From Saccostrea echinata (lineage: Eukaryota), in assembly GCF_033153115.1 (NCBI RefSeq), contig NW_026889750.1, positions 50,220,001 through 50,284,000 of the forward strand: a DNA stretch of 64,000 nt, in the 5' to 3' direction. Positions 26,142 through 38,500 of the stretch are shown here, in pieces. The number at the start of each line of letters is the position of its first letter. The first letter of the stretch is position 1. A program made the translations under genes and the position numbers. The notes below the pieces were generated by a model. That model was not told the DNA's origin. It searched no databases and worked only from the letters and a program-made list of their open reading frames with translations.

Positions 26142-27298
26142 CGCTCAAGTGTGTCTGGAAAAAACTTACGAGAAGTTAAAATGAAAGTTACAAAATTCAA
26201 AAAGTAATCAGTATGGTACTTTCAAAGTTTCTAAAAATGGAGAAATTAATACATGATTTTTTCCTTTCTTTTTCTTTTCTTTTTTTTTTTTAAATATTTT
26301 CTTTTGTTTTAGTTGATTTTTGTTGTTTTCTTTTTATACAGTAGTTTTTTTCTTATTCATTTTATATTGTTTTCAAAATTTTATGAAACTTGAATATGAA
26401 CGATTGAATAAAATTTTTAACTTTGAGCATTCTCAAATTTTATTTTATATAATCGATTAAAAATGGGACCAACTTGAAATTCATATTCCTCTCTAAAATG
26501 TTTGTTCTAGTTCCTTGACAAGTATTACTTAGAAGTTCTTTATTACGTATCAGCATTGTAATAAAAGAAAATTTTATCAGTGGTTTGTGTTTTTATGTGT
26601 AAGTAAGTCTCATGAAATGTGCTTGAAATAGGACGTGTTAATATTCACCTAGAGGAAATTCGACCTGTACTCTATGCCGTTGTGTTTGCCGTATTACAGC
26701 ACATTTTCACGCAGTGTCACATTTTACACTCCGATCATATACCCATGAAGATAACAAAACCACAATGTGTTAATTTAATCACATCATTTATGCAATGTAT
26801 TTGCCACCAATATCGTGAATCTGTTTGTTGTATCCAAGAAGCATCTATGTCAGCTAGGTGTTTGTTTAAAATGGCTAACCCCGAACCCGACCTGATATAC
26901 CAGTTTTAATCGGCAATTTGCAGGCTGCTCGAGATGGTTGGCAATGATTTTTTTTTTAACTCCACTAAGATTATTTTCACTGCACAGACCACTAACGAGT
27001 GAATACTATTATCCCAGTAAAATAATTTTTACTCAATGCTGACAATTAATTTATTTTTACTCTTAGTAGTTAAATTATTTCTCGGTCACTCCTGTTAAAA
27101 TCATTTCATGGTTGTCCCTAAGACCCGGGGGCCGGGGAATTTCCACGCTTATAACGACGTCCCCCCCCCCCCGGTTATTTTGGTATTTTTCCTAAACTCC
27201 CCTTTAGGGGATGAACCCCAAACCCCCCTTCTACTTTTTCAATGAACCCTTCTATTTCAATTCTTAGGAACAACCCTGCATTTATTCCTTTCCTAAAT

Positions 27299-27542
27299 CA
27301 TGACCGTCGGAACCGGGGGGCACGGGGGGGGGGGGTGCCCCCAATAATTTTGCCGATATATAGAATACTATAGAAAACATAACTACTATATGCTTGTGCT
27401 CCCTCAAAATAACTTCTGATGACCTTTTTTTTTTTTTTTTTTTTTGCTTGTCAAGGAATTTTGGTAGTTGATAGTGCCCCCCCCCCCAACTGAAAATATA
27501 TCTTTGTGCCCCCTCAAAGTGAAATTGCTTCCTACGGGCCTG
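27299..27542. mobile_element. Short MITE-like repeat; a related inverted copy lies at ~34525-34770
   Basis: Ends CATGACCGTCGGAAC ... CTTCCTACGGGCCTG. Internal CAATAATTTTGCCGATATATAGAATACTATAGAAAACATA is present reverse-complemented at ~34675-34712. Confidence 0.6.
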
Positions 27543-30485
27543 ATTAAATTAAAGATTCTTTGTGGCCACCTTATTTCAGATAATGGTTTTACTGGAGTAA
27601 AATTACATGTAATTTAACTGGAATAATAATATCTAATCTCAATAAAATATGTTTAAGCCAGCACAAACAATATTTAATTGAGAGTAGCATGACCAACCAT
27701 ACTCACCGATGAAAGTAATTTTAATCGATAAACTTGTCATTCTTAGAGAGAGAGAGAGAGAGAGACTTACTTTAAACTGTAGGTAGCGGTCACAGGGGTC
27801 AGTGATTTGTATAATATACGGAAAACGAAGAGTCAACCTCTATGGTAGCCGTCAGGCCCGGGTCCAGAAATTGACTGAATCAACACTAAAATATATATAT
27901 TTAAGAAAGAGGGGGTGGGGGCGTGGGCGCCCCACCCACACCCCCGATAACGGTTTACATAGGTATGTTTGAACGTTAACTTTGAATTCCTAAAGTTAAT
28001 AATTTTACTTTTCCCCTTTATGTTAAAAGAAGGAGACTAAGATTCTGCAGTCATACACATGTACACACGCATAAAGTGGTCCTACAGTGTGCATATATAA
28101 TTGTTTCATCTTCATTCTTTTTTATAAATTTCCTATATTCACTGTTTCTTATCTCTTCTCAATCTGAATGTTCATTATAGTCATTGCTGTTTAACTGGTG
28201 TTTTAATGATCTTCACCCGACAAAATGTGTGTATTTTAAACATCCTTGGTCTTGCTTTTGTCATTTGCGATTTTGCCATTTATAGTACATGTACTGACAT
28301 AATCTATGGCTGATTCATGTGTGCTGTCAGTGTGCACAATGTACAATTTGCGGGTACATATTTTCAATCCGTTTACAAGATGTGCGTTGTTAGTGTGAAG
28401 TGTGCAATATGAAAAATGTACATATAGCGCGTAGAATTTCCAGAAAGTTTTAGAAAATGTACAAATTTCGTCAATCAGGGATTTTAATCAGAACAGTATG
28501 TGTTTTAAGCGCCCACATTTTGACCTTTGCTTTTTTGTACATGTATGCACAGGTGCTTGGTTACGGGATCCCCCCCCCCCCCTCGCGTTCCGTACATAAA
28601 ACACTTTCACAAAGTATTACAGTTGAAAATTTAAAAATATAACCTAAAACTATAACCTAATTTAACCTTTAAAATAAATTACACTCTCTGATAATGAAAG
28701 AGAACAAGGTTGGCGACTTCGACTTTGGCAATTTATATTTTGAAATCACAATAAGAAAGTATCAATGATTGTATTAGTATAAATTTATACAACATAAATG
28801 CATATGACAACAACAACAAATCGTAAACAATTTACGATGTGTGCTTGATGTTAGGGTATGTAGATTAGGGCACATGTAATCTCAATCAACCTATATTTGT
28901 CTGTTTTGAATAATTATACTATAGTATTCTGTTCTGTTCGGAATGTTGTATCTATTCAGAATATTCCTCTATATACCATTTGATTAGATTTGTTAAAAAT
29001 ATAGTTTAAAAGAATAATGAGTTTTATCTTTCTATCAGCAGAAAGTTTTCGGCCATGGCACACGGGGCTTAGTGACAGTAATTTATTATCTGCTTATGTC
29101 TTTGCCTCAGCAACAATAACATTACGCCTATAGTGTACAAAAGGGATTCCCTCATCATGTGAACTCCCCGCTGAGGCAAGTGATGGAGGTTTCCCATTCA
29201 TCTTCCTCCAACCACCTGTACATGAAGGGGATACAATTTCAGAGGACCTCGCAGCACGACGGCAAGCGGAAACCCCCAGGATTGAGGTTAAGGGGTCCCC
29301 CGATAACAGTGGAACCATTTCTGTTTTACGATATGCTTTTGATGATTAGAAAATATATAAATCAATTGTTATGTGACTTTTTAAATGGCATTCGTTAAGA
29401 TTTGAGTGACAGCAATGAAAGATGGGATGTTGGGGCCCTGGGCACGTATAGTCAGGAAAATAGGCCAGGGTTACATTCGTGCATGCTCCCATAGATGCTG
29501 TAAAAAAAAGACATATACAGCGAGCAGAGATGTGTTCACAGAATTTCATATTATTTTATTTCTTTAGTTGATGATAGGAAATTTCTCATGCAGAATTATT
29601 TAAAAACATCTATATATAAACTTATATCGAAAAACCAAAGTAGCAAAAAAAAAATACATGTATATGTATGTCATTTTAGATAAATTTCATAGAATATGGA
29701 TTTTCAGTTTATACTTGATGGATACATTTTATAGTCAGATTCTCTTCTCACGGTTGTAAGTTGGTTTTCCCCCTGCTATAAATATATTTCCCATGACCCA
29801 TGAGACTAGAAGTGATAAACGCAACTTTTGTTTATTTAGAATACTTTATGTGTCAAAAACCAATTAACAAAAATAAACATATTAATGAAGTCTCGGCGTG
29901 CTTAAATATCAATGTAAAGAATTATAATTCTGTTAATAAACACAAAGAGCGTATATCAACAGCGCTGACTTGTAAAATGAAATAATGGGATTAGACGAAA
30001 GTACCCCCCTCCCACGGCGTTGGTCACAGGGTCACTCTATAAAGATTCTCTCTCTCACTCTCTGTTATTTTTCTTGTTTTAGATGATTTTGAGATAAGAC
30101 TACTTAAATAGCTAGAAGAATTAATGAACTGAAATCCTTGCACTCCCAGAATGAAATATAATTAAAAGGGGGGATACAAATTCAAAAACATTAATAAATA
30201 AGATTAGTAGAAGTCATAGAGGGAATCATTCATGGCTGACATTTTTATTTTTTTATCAAATACGTACAACTCAGATGTTTTCATTAATAACATATTCAAT
30301 ATTGTATACGCTAGGAAGAATATTATTTCAAATTAAATAGTATACTGTTCTTTAATTGAATTTTCCCCGTGTTCAAGTCAACATAAACATCTTTACCTTA
30401 ACTCCCCTTCTCTCTTTCTCTCTCTCTCTCTCATTTCATATATATGAACTTGTGACTTATGTTACATAATATTATTCTTACTTAA

Positions 30486-30803
30486 GGACAGATGATACGT
30501 TCCTCAAATATCTGTTTTGCATATCTTCGTATTATATGGAAAATATTCTAAATTTCAATTACCTTCTGATTTCTAAACTGATTTCTGATTGTCTTTAAAA
30601 AAAATAAAACACTAAAAAATGTGATATTGGAAAATTAAGTTTTTTCCATAAGGATTTTATAGGAAACAACATCCTCTGGTATCTTGCACAAATGCCTGGT
30701 AAGGTACCCCAATTTTTTGCGAGTAAACATGTTAAAGTAGGAATACTTCAATGACAAAATCTTAGAAAAAATTATATATTATTGAGGAACGTATCGTCTG
30801 TCC
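30486..30803. mobile_element. TTAA-flanked MITE upstream of nanos
   Basis: TTAA|GGACAGATGATACGTTCCTCAA ... TTGAGGAACGTATCGTCTGTCC|TTAA. Confidence 0.85.
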
Positions 30804-31022
30804 TTAAATATAATTTAATAAATGAATCTTTCGTAATCTGTGGAGAGATCGATTTGGGGCATTCATGCTTGTTGTTCAAACCAAATTGAAGTTTCAATGG
30901 TTGAAAAAAGGTTTTAAAACAACGGAATAGCACATTTTCAAATTTTTATATCTTTTTTTCAAAAAATCTAACCAAATACGGTATGTTAGATTTCTTCAGT
31001 TACCACAACACTAGGAATGGAA

Positions 31023-31059
<37 letters not shown>

Positions 31060-31290
31060 GTTTTGATGCCCTAATGGGTTTGTAATAGCCAGCGTGCTCA
31101 CATTAATTGAGCATAAATAGCTTCGTCACCTCCTCCCTGTTCAATTGACCAATCAGTTCACACCAGGCTATAGAAAGTATTCACGCTTTCTAATTATTCG
31201 AGCGTAAAATACTTCTGACAGTTTGAGTAAAACTCCGCCTCTGCAGAGATTTAAACGTAACAGATCCCGGACTGGCACACGAGATGCAAG

Positions 31291-31998
31291 ATGGCTCAGC
31301 ACAGAAAACAGGTGTGTCCCCAGGACCCTTACAAACCCTTCCAGGACTACCTAGGTTTTAGTGACATAGCCTGGAATAAAGATTTAGTGTCTAACCTCAC
31401 AAACCTAATGACATATTCGCCATCCTTTTTTGACGACAATAGCAGTGACGGGGAATTTTTCGGAGCCACCTTTTCTGGAGGATCGTGTGTCGGTACGTTG
31501 AATGACCTGGGATTCCGGCCCTTCGACCCTCTGGACGCCATGCGGAGGGACTCTTTGGAGGATTTCAGGCATAACGGCCGGGACGTGGAACTGGACGAAC
31601 TGGACAGCTACCAAGTGGAACTCCGGAGACATTCGTCAATTTCCGTCCAGCAGGAATCGAATCCGGTGGTTTTGGAAGTAATGGCATTCAAAGAACGGAA
31701 GCGGGCTGCCAGGAGAGCTAAGCAAAAGAAACTGTGCGTTTTCTGTAAAAACAACGGAGAAACTGTTGTCATCTACTCCAGTCACGTGCTCAAAGATGAA
31801 GAAGGGAAAGTCAGCTGTCCCATACTCCGTAAGTACACGTGTCCTCTTTGCGGGGTTTCTGGGGACAACGCCCACACAATACGCTATTGTCCCAAAAACG
31901 ATGGTGACCTCTCTGCACCAAGCCTTACACAACTTCATGCAAGACGCCTAGCAACAGGAAAGCGACGCCGCGACAGTGACAGCGAAAGCAGTAACTGA
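31291..31998 (+). CDS. nanos: Nanos homolog (single coding exon)
   Basis: Two CCHC fingers ([45 protein letters not shown]) and an N-terminal NOT1-interacting-like motif [11 protein letters not shown]. Confidence 0.97.
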   Translation: MAQHRKQVCPQDPYKPFQDYLGFSDIAWNKDLVSNLTNLMTYSPSFFDDNSSDGEFFGATFSGGSCVGTLNDLGFRPFDPLDAMRRDSLEDFRHNGRDVELDELDSYQVELRRHSSISVQQESNPVVLEVMAFKERKRAARRAKQKKLCVFCKNNGETVVIYSSHVLKDEEGKVSCPILRKYTCPLCGVSGDNAHTIRYCPKNDGDLSAPSLTQLHARRLATGKRRRDSDSESSN

Positions 31999-32276
31999 AG
32001 GGTGCAACATTGCGTCATGGTGCATTCCAACAAAAATGTGATTCTGGACACCGGATCTTTAATGTGAGGAAATGTTTATAGTATTGATTTTTTATTGTCA
32101 AAGATAATTTTGAGTTCGAGAAGAAGACTTTTACATCATTTCGAATTTTAATCTTTTTCTATATTTCCCAGTTTTGCTATGGTGCTGAAATTTTGTATAA
32201 AGTTTATCAAATTATTATTTTAACTCACTATTTTTACACTAATTAATTTTAAATAATATGTAGACATTACTGAATT

Positions 32277-32351
32277 TGTACATAATCGTTTTAAAGAGAA
32301 ATAACAACTGTTTAGTGCTTTAACATCACAAATCTTGTTCTTGTAAATAAA
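32277..32351 (+). promoter_or_regulatory. nanos 3' UTR: two Pumilio elements and a polyadenylation signal
   Basis: TGTACATA 32277-32284, TGTAAATA 32342-32349, AATAAA 32346-32351. Confidence 0.5.
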
Positions 32352-32762
32352 CTTCTTATCACTTTATCTTTGGAACTGTTAGTTGTCTCCTAGAGTAAAA
32401 ATAACTACATCACGTGTTTCCCCCAGAACTACTACATCACGTGATCAAATGTTTCCCCATAGGAGTTGGATATGTCAAGGGCCGGGTAATGGACGGAATA
32501 CTGTAAGCTAATACAGTTACAGGAGCAGTGTCACTCTTCTAATGCGGTCATGCCTTGTCCATATTCAGTCATGAAATTATTTTTTAAAAAACCCAAAGTT
32601 TGAGAATTGGTCGCACCTAATTGAGCAAAAAGATGCATATGCTGACGTGAATAACACGAAATTTGTTCCTTCATTTCTACATTGCCTTAGATTGAATAAT
32701 AATGAGACCGTGAATACAGTTTCTATAGGCCCTAGTTACAAATTAAAAGGTTCAGACACAGA

Positions 32763-33410
32763 GTTTTAGCTCATCTGAACCGAAGGCTCAAGTGAGCATT
32801 TCTGATCACCTGTTGTCCGTCGTCCGTCTGTAAACTTTTTACATTTTCAACTTCTCAAGAATCACTGGACCAATGTTAACCAAAGTTGGTACAAAGCATC
32901 CTTGGGTAAAGGGGAGTTTAAATTGTTAGAATGAAGGACCAAGTCCCCTTACAAGGAGAGATAATTAAGAAAAGACCAAAAATAGAGTAGGGTCATTAAA
33001 AAGTTCGGCCCCAATAGGGAATCAAAGTTTGACATTGAAATGTATAGAAAAAATCTTTAAAAATCTTCTTCTCAAGAACCACTGAGCCAGAAAAGCTGAA
33101 ACTTATGTGGAAGCTTCCTAAGGTATTGCAGATTCTAAATTCTTCAAATCATGACCCCTGGAAGTAGGTCGGGGCCACAATAAGTATTACAAGGGGGTAA
33201 ATCTGGTGAAGGACAGAAGGGCCAAAGTTACTCAGGTGAGGGTTATGGCCAATGGACCTCTTGTTTCAAATCATGATCCATGTAGGTAGGGTGGGACCAC
33301 AATATGTGATGCAAGTTTTACATGAGAATATATGGGAGGAAATCGGCTGATGAAGAACAGAAGGGCCATAGTGACTCAGACGAGCATTGTGGCCCATGGG
33401 CCTCTTCTTT
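32763..33410 (+). mobile_element. Short HINE-type element with a duplicated 3' end
   Basis: 5' TTTTAGCTCATCTGAACCGAAGGCTCAAGTGAGC; 3' ACTCAGGTGAG..GGCCAATGGACCTCTTGTT at ~33265; second 3' hairpin GGCCCATGGGCC at ~33400. Confidence 0.7.
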
Positions 33411-35177
33411 TTCGTAGAAAGTGGGGGGGACCTTAATCCATTTACAGACAAAAAATTCATTGTAGGACACCCTCCCTTTCCCGGTTCCTATGAAACTGTT
33501 AAACTCCACGGGAATTTGTAGAGAATATAATTTCACTCTATACGAAAACTCCCATGAAAAGTGTCGTACAGTCAAAATGCAGAAAAGTTTAAAAAAAAAA
33601 AAAAAAAAAGAGCCTTCCAGATCGAGTTGTGGTAACGAGTAAAATTGCCATTTTTTTTTCTTCTTTTTTTTAGAAAATACATTGAAGGATTAGTTATTTA
33701 TAAATATCCCGAGTGAGGATTAGATATTCTCTATTTAGAGAGCTCTGATAATGTCATGAACATTTTCCAGGACAAGTCCCTGTGCTGGAAAGAGACAGGG
33801 AGCACACCTCATTGTATCATTTTAGAAACCCAAATGCACCGCTATAACCAGATAGGGAAGAAAAACGAAAAAAGAAAAACAAACAAACAAAACCCGAAAA
33901 AAATTAAATAAAGAGAAAATATTCGGTGTATATATGTAGAGAGCTTTTATCGAAATGAAATATGTTGATTCATATGTTCTGAACCCCAGATTATTTAGTA
34001 CAATGAGTATCAATATTGTAATTTAATTTAAACAATTTAGGAGAATTTTATTTAATCGAAAAGTGTATATTAAGTTACACATTGAGATAGTAAATCGATA
34101 AATCAGCAGTGTGGGTGTTGTAAACTCTGCTTTGTATATACTCTAGCTAAAGATTTCTAACCGGGGGGTAACTTGTTTAGCCAAGTATCTATTCTAAGCA
34201 TGCTGGAATTTATTTTCGACTAGGCTACAGCACGAAGCGCCGCCCGACACCAAATTTGCACTAGGTACCGCCCACAGACACTTCGGTGATAAATTTTTTA
34301 ACCCAGGGTATAATAATAACACCCTTGTGTTATTATTGTACTATAGGTTAAAAGGTTTATTTCATAAACAAGTGCCTGTGCTACCACTGGGTTTTCAATT
34401 AGGCCAAGCTCGGTATTTTTAATTAATTAAGTACATGTATCTTGCAACAACAGCACAACATACCTAATCCATTGATAGTTTTTCAAGATATCAATTCTTA
34501 ATTTAATTACATGTATACTAGTATCGGGCCCATAGGAACGATTTCACTGTGAGGGGGCACAACTATACATTTTCAGTTGGGGGGGGGGGGCACTATGCAC
34601 TACCAAAATTCCTTGACAAGGAAAAAAAGGTCATCAGACGTTATTATTGAGGGGGTACAAGTATATAGTAGCTATGTTTTCTATAGTATTCTATATATCG
34701 GCAAAATTATTGAGGGAGGGGGGGGGGGCACGGCCCTTCCGTGCCCCCCCCCCTCGTTCCTTCGGCCATGAGTATATAGTATATGTGTCCCTGATTTAAC
34801 ATCATAGTACCATTAGATGTTCTTAGACAAAAATAATATCATCCTACCCAGGGGTTTAGAATAGAAATGATAAAATTTTTGGTGTTATTCAAAGAATAAT
34901 TACCATACACATAGTCCATTTTAGTTTTTCATCAATTTTGTTTTGCTAGAGGCGAACAACATCTATAGACATCATAAAAGTCGCTCAAAGGTCCTTCAAT
35001 TATTGGAACTCTTTCATTTAAGAAATATAAAGTTCCAAACTACGTTGCGTGCAAGTATGTTAAGCGATGAAGAATTATTCCTTCAAAATTGTATTTACAT
35101 AAATGTGTAACGTTGTTAATTTACTGTATGATTCAATGTGTAAAATTATTCGTATAAAACATACATGTAGCTTGTGA

Positions 35178-35180
<3 letters not shown>

Positions 35181-35242
<62 letters not shown>
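35181..35242. repeat. (GA)n microsatellite
   Basis: About 31 GA units. Confidence 0.95.
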
Positions 35243-35246
<4 letters not shown>

Positions 35247-35501
35247 TTAAACTATGTGTAATTGAACAATGCATATGAGGAAACCCCACAATTTCATACA
35301 TTAAATATATTAAATTTACCGCGTACAACTTACTTTTTAACAATTATTTCGTATAAACAATGTTAGTACATAAAAATTCGATTAGTTATTGACTGATTTC
35401 TGATCGGGATCGGAATTCAGTTTCAAACTTCCTGATTTTTTTTTTATTGGGAAAGAAGAATATCGAATACTCGGAATAGTATAGTTAAACACTAACTAGT
35501 C

Positions 35502-38500
35502 ATGTCTGATTCAGAGAAGGAAAACATGTCAGAAAAGATGGATAACGGAGAATTGACAGAGCTGCAAGTACGTTATGATACATTGAAATCTCTGTCAAGT
35601 CAAGGTAAGTAAGAAAGATTAAAAAAATTGAAAAAGGAAGTTGTAGACAACGTCTTTCCCACAGGCAATAGGCATATATTATTTTTTTTTAAAGTAAAAA
35701 AATAATGGAAAATACATTGTGCTGGTAAATGAAAGTGGTAAACCACTACCCAATTAACTTCATTCATGTATTTTTTTTTCTCCAGTTCGGATTTTATGTT
35801 TACTTCCTTGTCTGTCGCTTCCTCTTAGCTGTGTGTAATAATCTCACTTCCTGTGGACCTTTGTTTATAAATGTGGAGACTTCCAGTTGAAATTAAAAAA
35901 AGGCATTGTCTAAACACACAATTTTAATCTCTCATTATTGTTTTATGCTATTACATAATTTTGAAATTAAATACTGATGTGCTACCCCACCACCTACCTT
36001 CAGAGAAGTCAGACATATATTATATTCTAACTATATTGCCTGGTTATCTATCAATTCCAATTTTGGCTATAAATTACTAAGTAAGAGGAATCTATATATA
36101 ATTATACAAGTATAACAGGCCAGGAGAAAAATGTGATGGATCAGGCCAGGATTATAACAGGAGCCCTCTGAATCACTAGTGAGGTGCTCTACCATCTGAG
36201 CTATCAGGCCGCCGGTGATCAAACCTACCTGACCACTACACATGTATACATGTACTTGAATTCATTTTTTTCCTTTTTTTTTTTTAGTTCTTGTACAGTA
36301 TGATGACCTGCTTTATAAATTCCAAGAAAATGAAAAAGCGGTAAGAGAAAAAGTTAATGATTTATTTTCATGTCACATCCAAATATTACTTTAGTTATAT
36401 TATTACATGGATTTACCTAATATGATTTCACAAATGTTAAGAATGAAGAAGGAAATCACACCTGGTTTTGGTTCTTTGTATGTGTGTGTGTGTGTCTTAA
36501 AAAGTACAGGTTTAAATAAGTGTTCCAACATGAATAAGTGATGACTACTAATGAACTGATATATTTGTACATGTAAGTACATTATTTAAGGAATGTTTTT
36601 AAGTTTTGTGTGAGTTATTAGTGTGTAAATCGCACAGACTTGTCATGTAGGCATATTTCATGTTAATTCTAATTAAAAATTGTAATCTCTATTTAGTACA
36701 ACAGCGTTGTACACAGACTGAAGCTCAGAGAAAGCCAGCTAAAAGAGATGAAGAAATGTAAGACAATACTTCATATTAACTCACATATACAAGTACTTTC
36801 ATGAGAAATTTTATATGCAATAAGAATGTGATTTTTCATCCTCTTTTTATACGAGTTAAATTAATCCTAAGTAACGTGGTTTAATACACAATATTTAAAA
36901 CAATGAATATCAGGTAATGACTTTGATGAATATTATTCTTCAGTGATACAGCCCGCCATATCTGAGTATGAAAGAATGAAGATGAAGTATGAGATTGAAT
37001 TCGACTGTAGGACTCAAGCTGAGGTGTTAGCTACTAAGGTAAGTACTGAAGGACTTAGCCACCAAGTCAGTCCAGACTGAGGTGTTAGCTACTAAAGTTA
37101 GTATTGGACTTAGTCACCAAGTCAGTCCAGGCTGAGGTGTTAGCTACTAAAATAAGTCCTGGAGGACTTAGCCACCAAGTCAGTCCAGACTGAGGTGTTA
37201 GCTACTAAGGTAAGTATTGAGGACTTAGCCACCAAGTCAGTCAAGGCTGAGGTGTTAGCTACTAAGGTAAGTATTGAGGACTTAGCCACCAAGTCAGTCA
37301 AGACTGAGGTATTAGCTACTAAGGTAAGTATTGAGGACTTAGCCACCAAGTCAGTCCAGACTGAGATGTCATCTTCTAAGGTTAGTACTTAGGACTTAGC
37401 CACTAAGTCAATCCAGGCTGAGGTGTATCAGCCACTAAGATCAGTATTGAGGACTTAGTCACCAAGTCAGTCCAGGCAGAGGTGTTAACTACTAAGGTAA
37501 GTATTGAGGACTTAGTCACTAAGTCAGTCCAGGCAGAGGTGTTAACTACTAAGGTAAGTATTGAGGACTTAGCCACCAAGTCAGTCCAGGCAGAGGTGTT
37601 AACTACTAAGGTAAGTATTGAGGACTTAGTCACCAAGTCAGTCCAGACTGAGGTGTTAGCTACTAAGGTAAGTATTAAGGACTTAGTCACCAAGTCAGTC
37701 CAGGCAGAGGTGTTAACTACTAAGGTAAGTATTGAGGACTTAGCCACCAAGTCAGTCCAGGCAGAGGTGTTAACTACTAAGGTAAGTATTGAGGACTTAG
37801 TCACCAAGTCAATCCAGGCTGAGGTGTATCAGCCACTAAGGTTAGTATTGAGGACTTAGTCACCAAGTCAGTTCAGGCAGAGGTGTTAACTACTAAGGTA
37901 AGTATTGAGGACTTAGTCACTAAGTCAGTCCAGGCTGGGGGGTAGCTACTAAAGTTAGTACTGAGGGAATTAGTCACCAAGTAGGTCCAGGCTAGGGGGT
38001 TAGCCACTAAGGTTAGTACTGAGGGACTTAGTCACCAAGTAGGTCCAGGCTGGGGGGTTAGCTACTAAGGTAAGTACTGAAGGACTTAGTCACCAAGTCA
38101 GTTCAGGCTGAGGTATTAGCTACTAAGGTAAGTACTGAAGGACTTAATCACCAAGTAGGTCCAGGCTGGGGGGTAGCTACTAAGGTTAGTATTGAGGACT
38201 TAGCCACCAAGTCAGTCCAGGCAGAGGTTTTAACTACTAAGTTTAGTCCTGGAGGACTTACCCATCAAGTCAGTTCAGGCTGAGGTGTTAGCTACTAAGG
38301 TAAGTATTGGAAGACTTAGCCACCAAGTCAGTCAAGGCTGAGGTATTAGCTACTAAGGTAACTATTGGAGGACTTAGTCACCAAGTAGGTCCAGGCTGAA
38401 GTGTAAACTACTAAGGTTAGTATTAGAGGACCTAGCCATCTATTCGGTCCAGACTGATGTATATTAGCCACTGAGGTTAACACTTATGTTATTACATAAG

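Noticed and set aside
29040-29550. GC-richer patch with short ORFs between HEATR4 and nanos
   Set aside because: No recognisable domain or consistent exon chain; may be non-coding or a relic.
37140-37859. Repetitive ORFs on both strands as independent genes
   Set aside because: By-product of a 57-bp (3n) tandem repeat, broken by indels.
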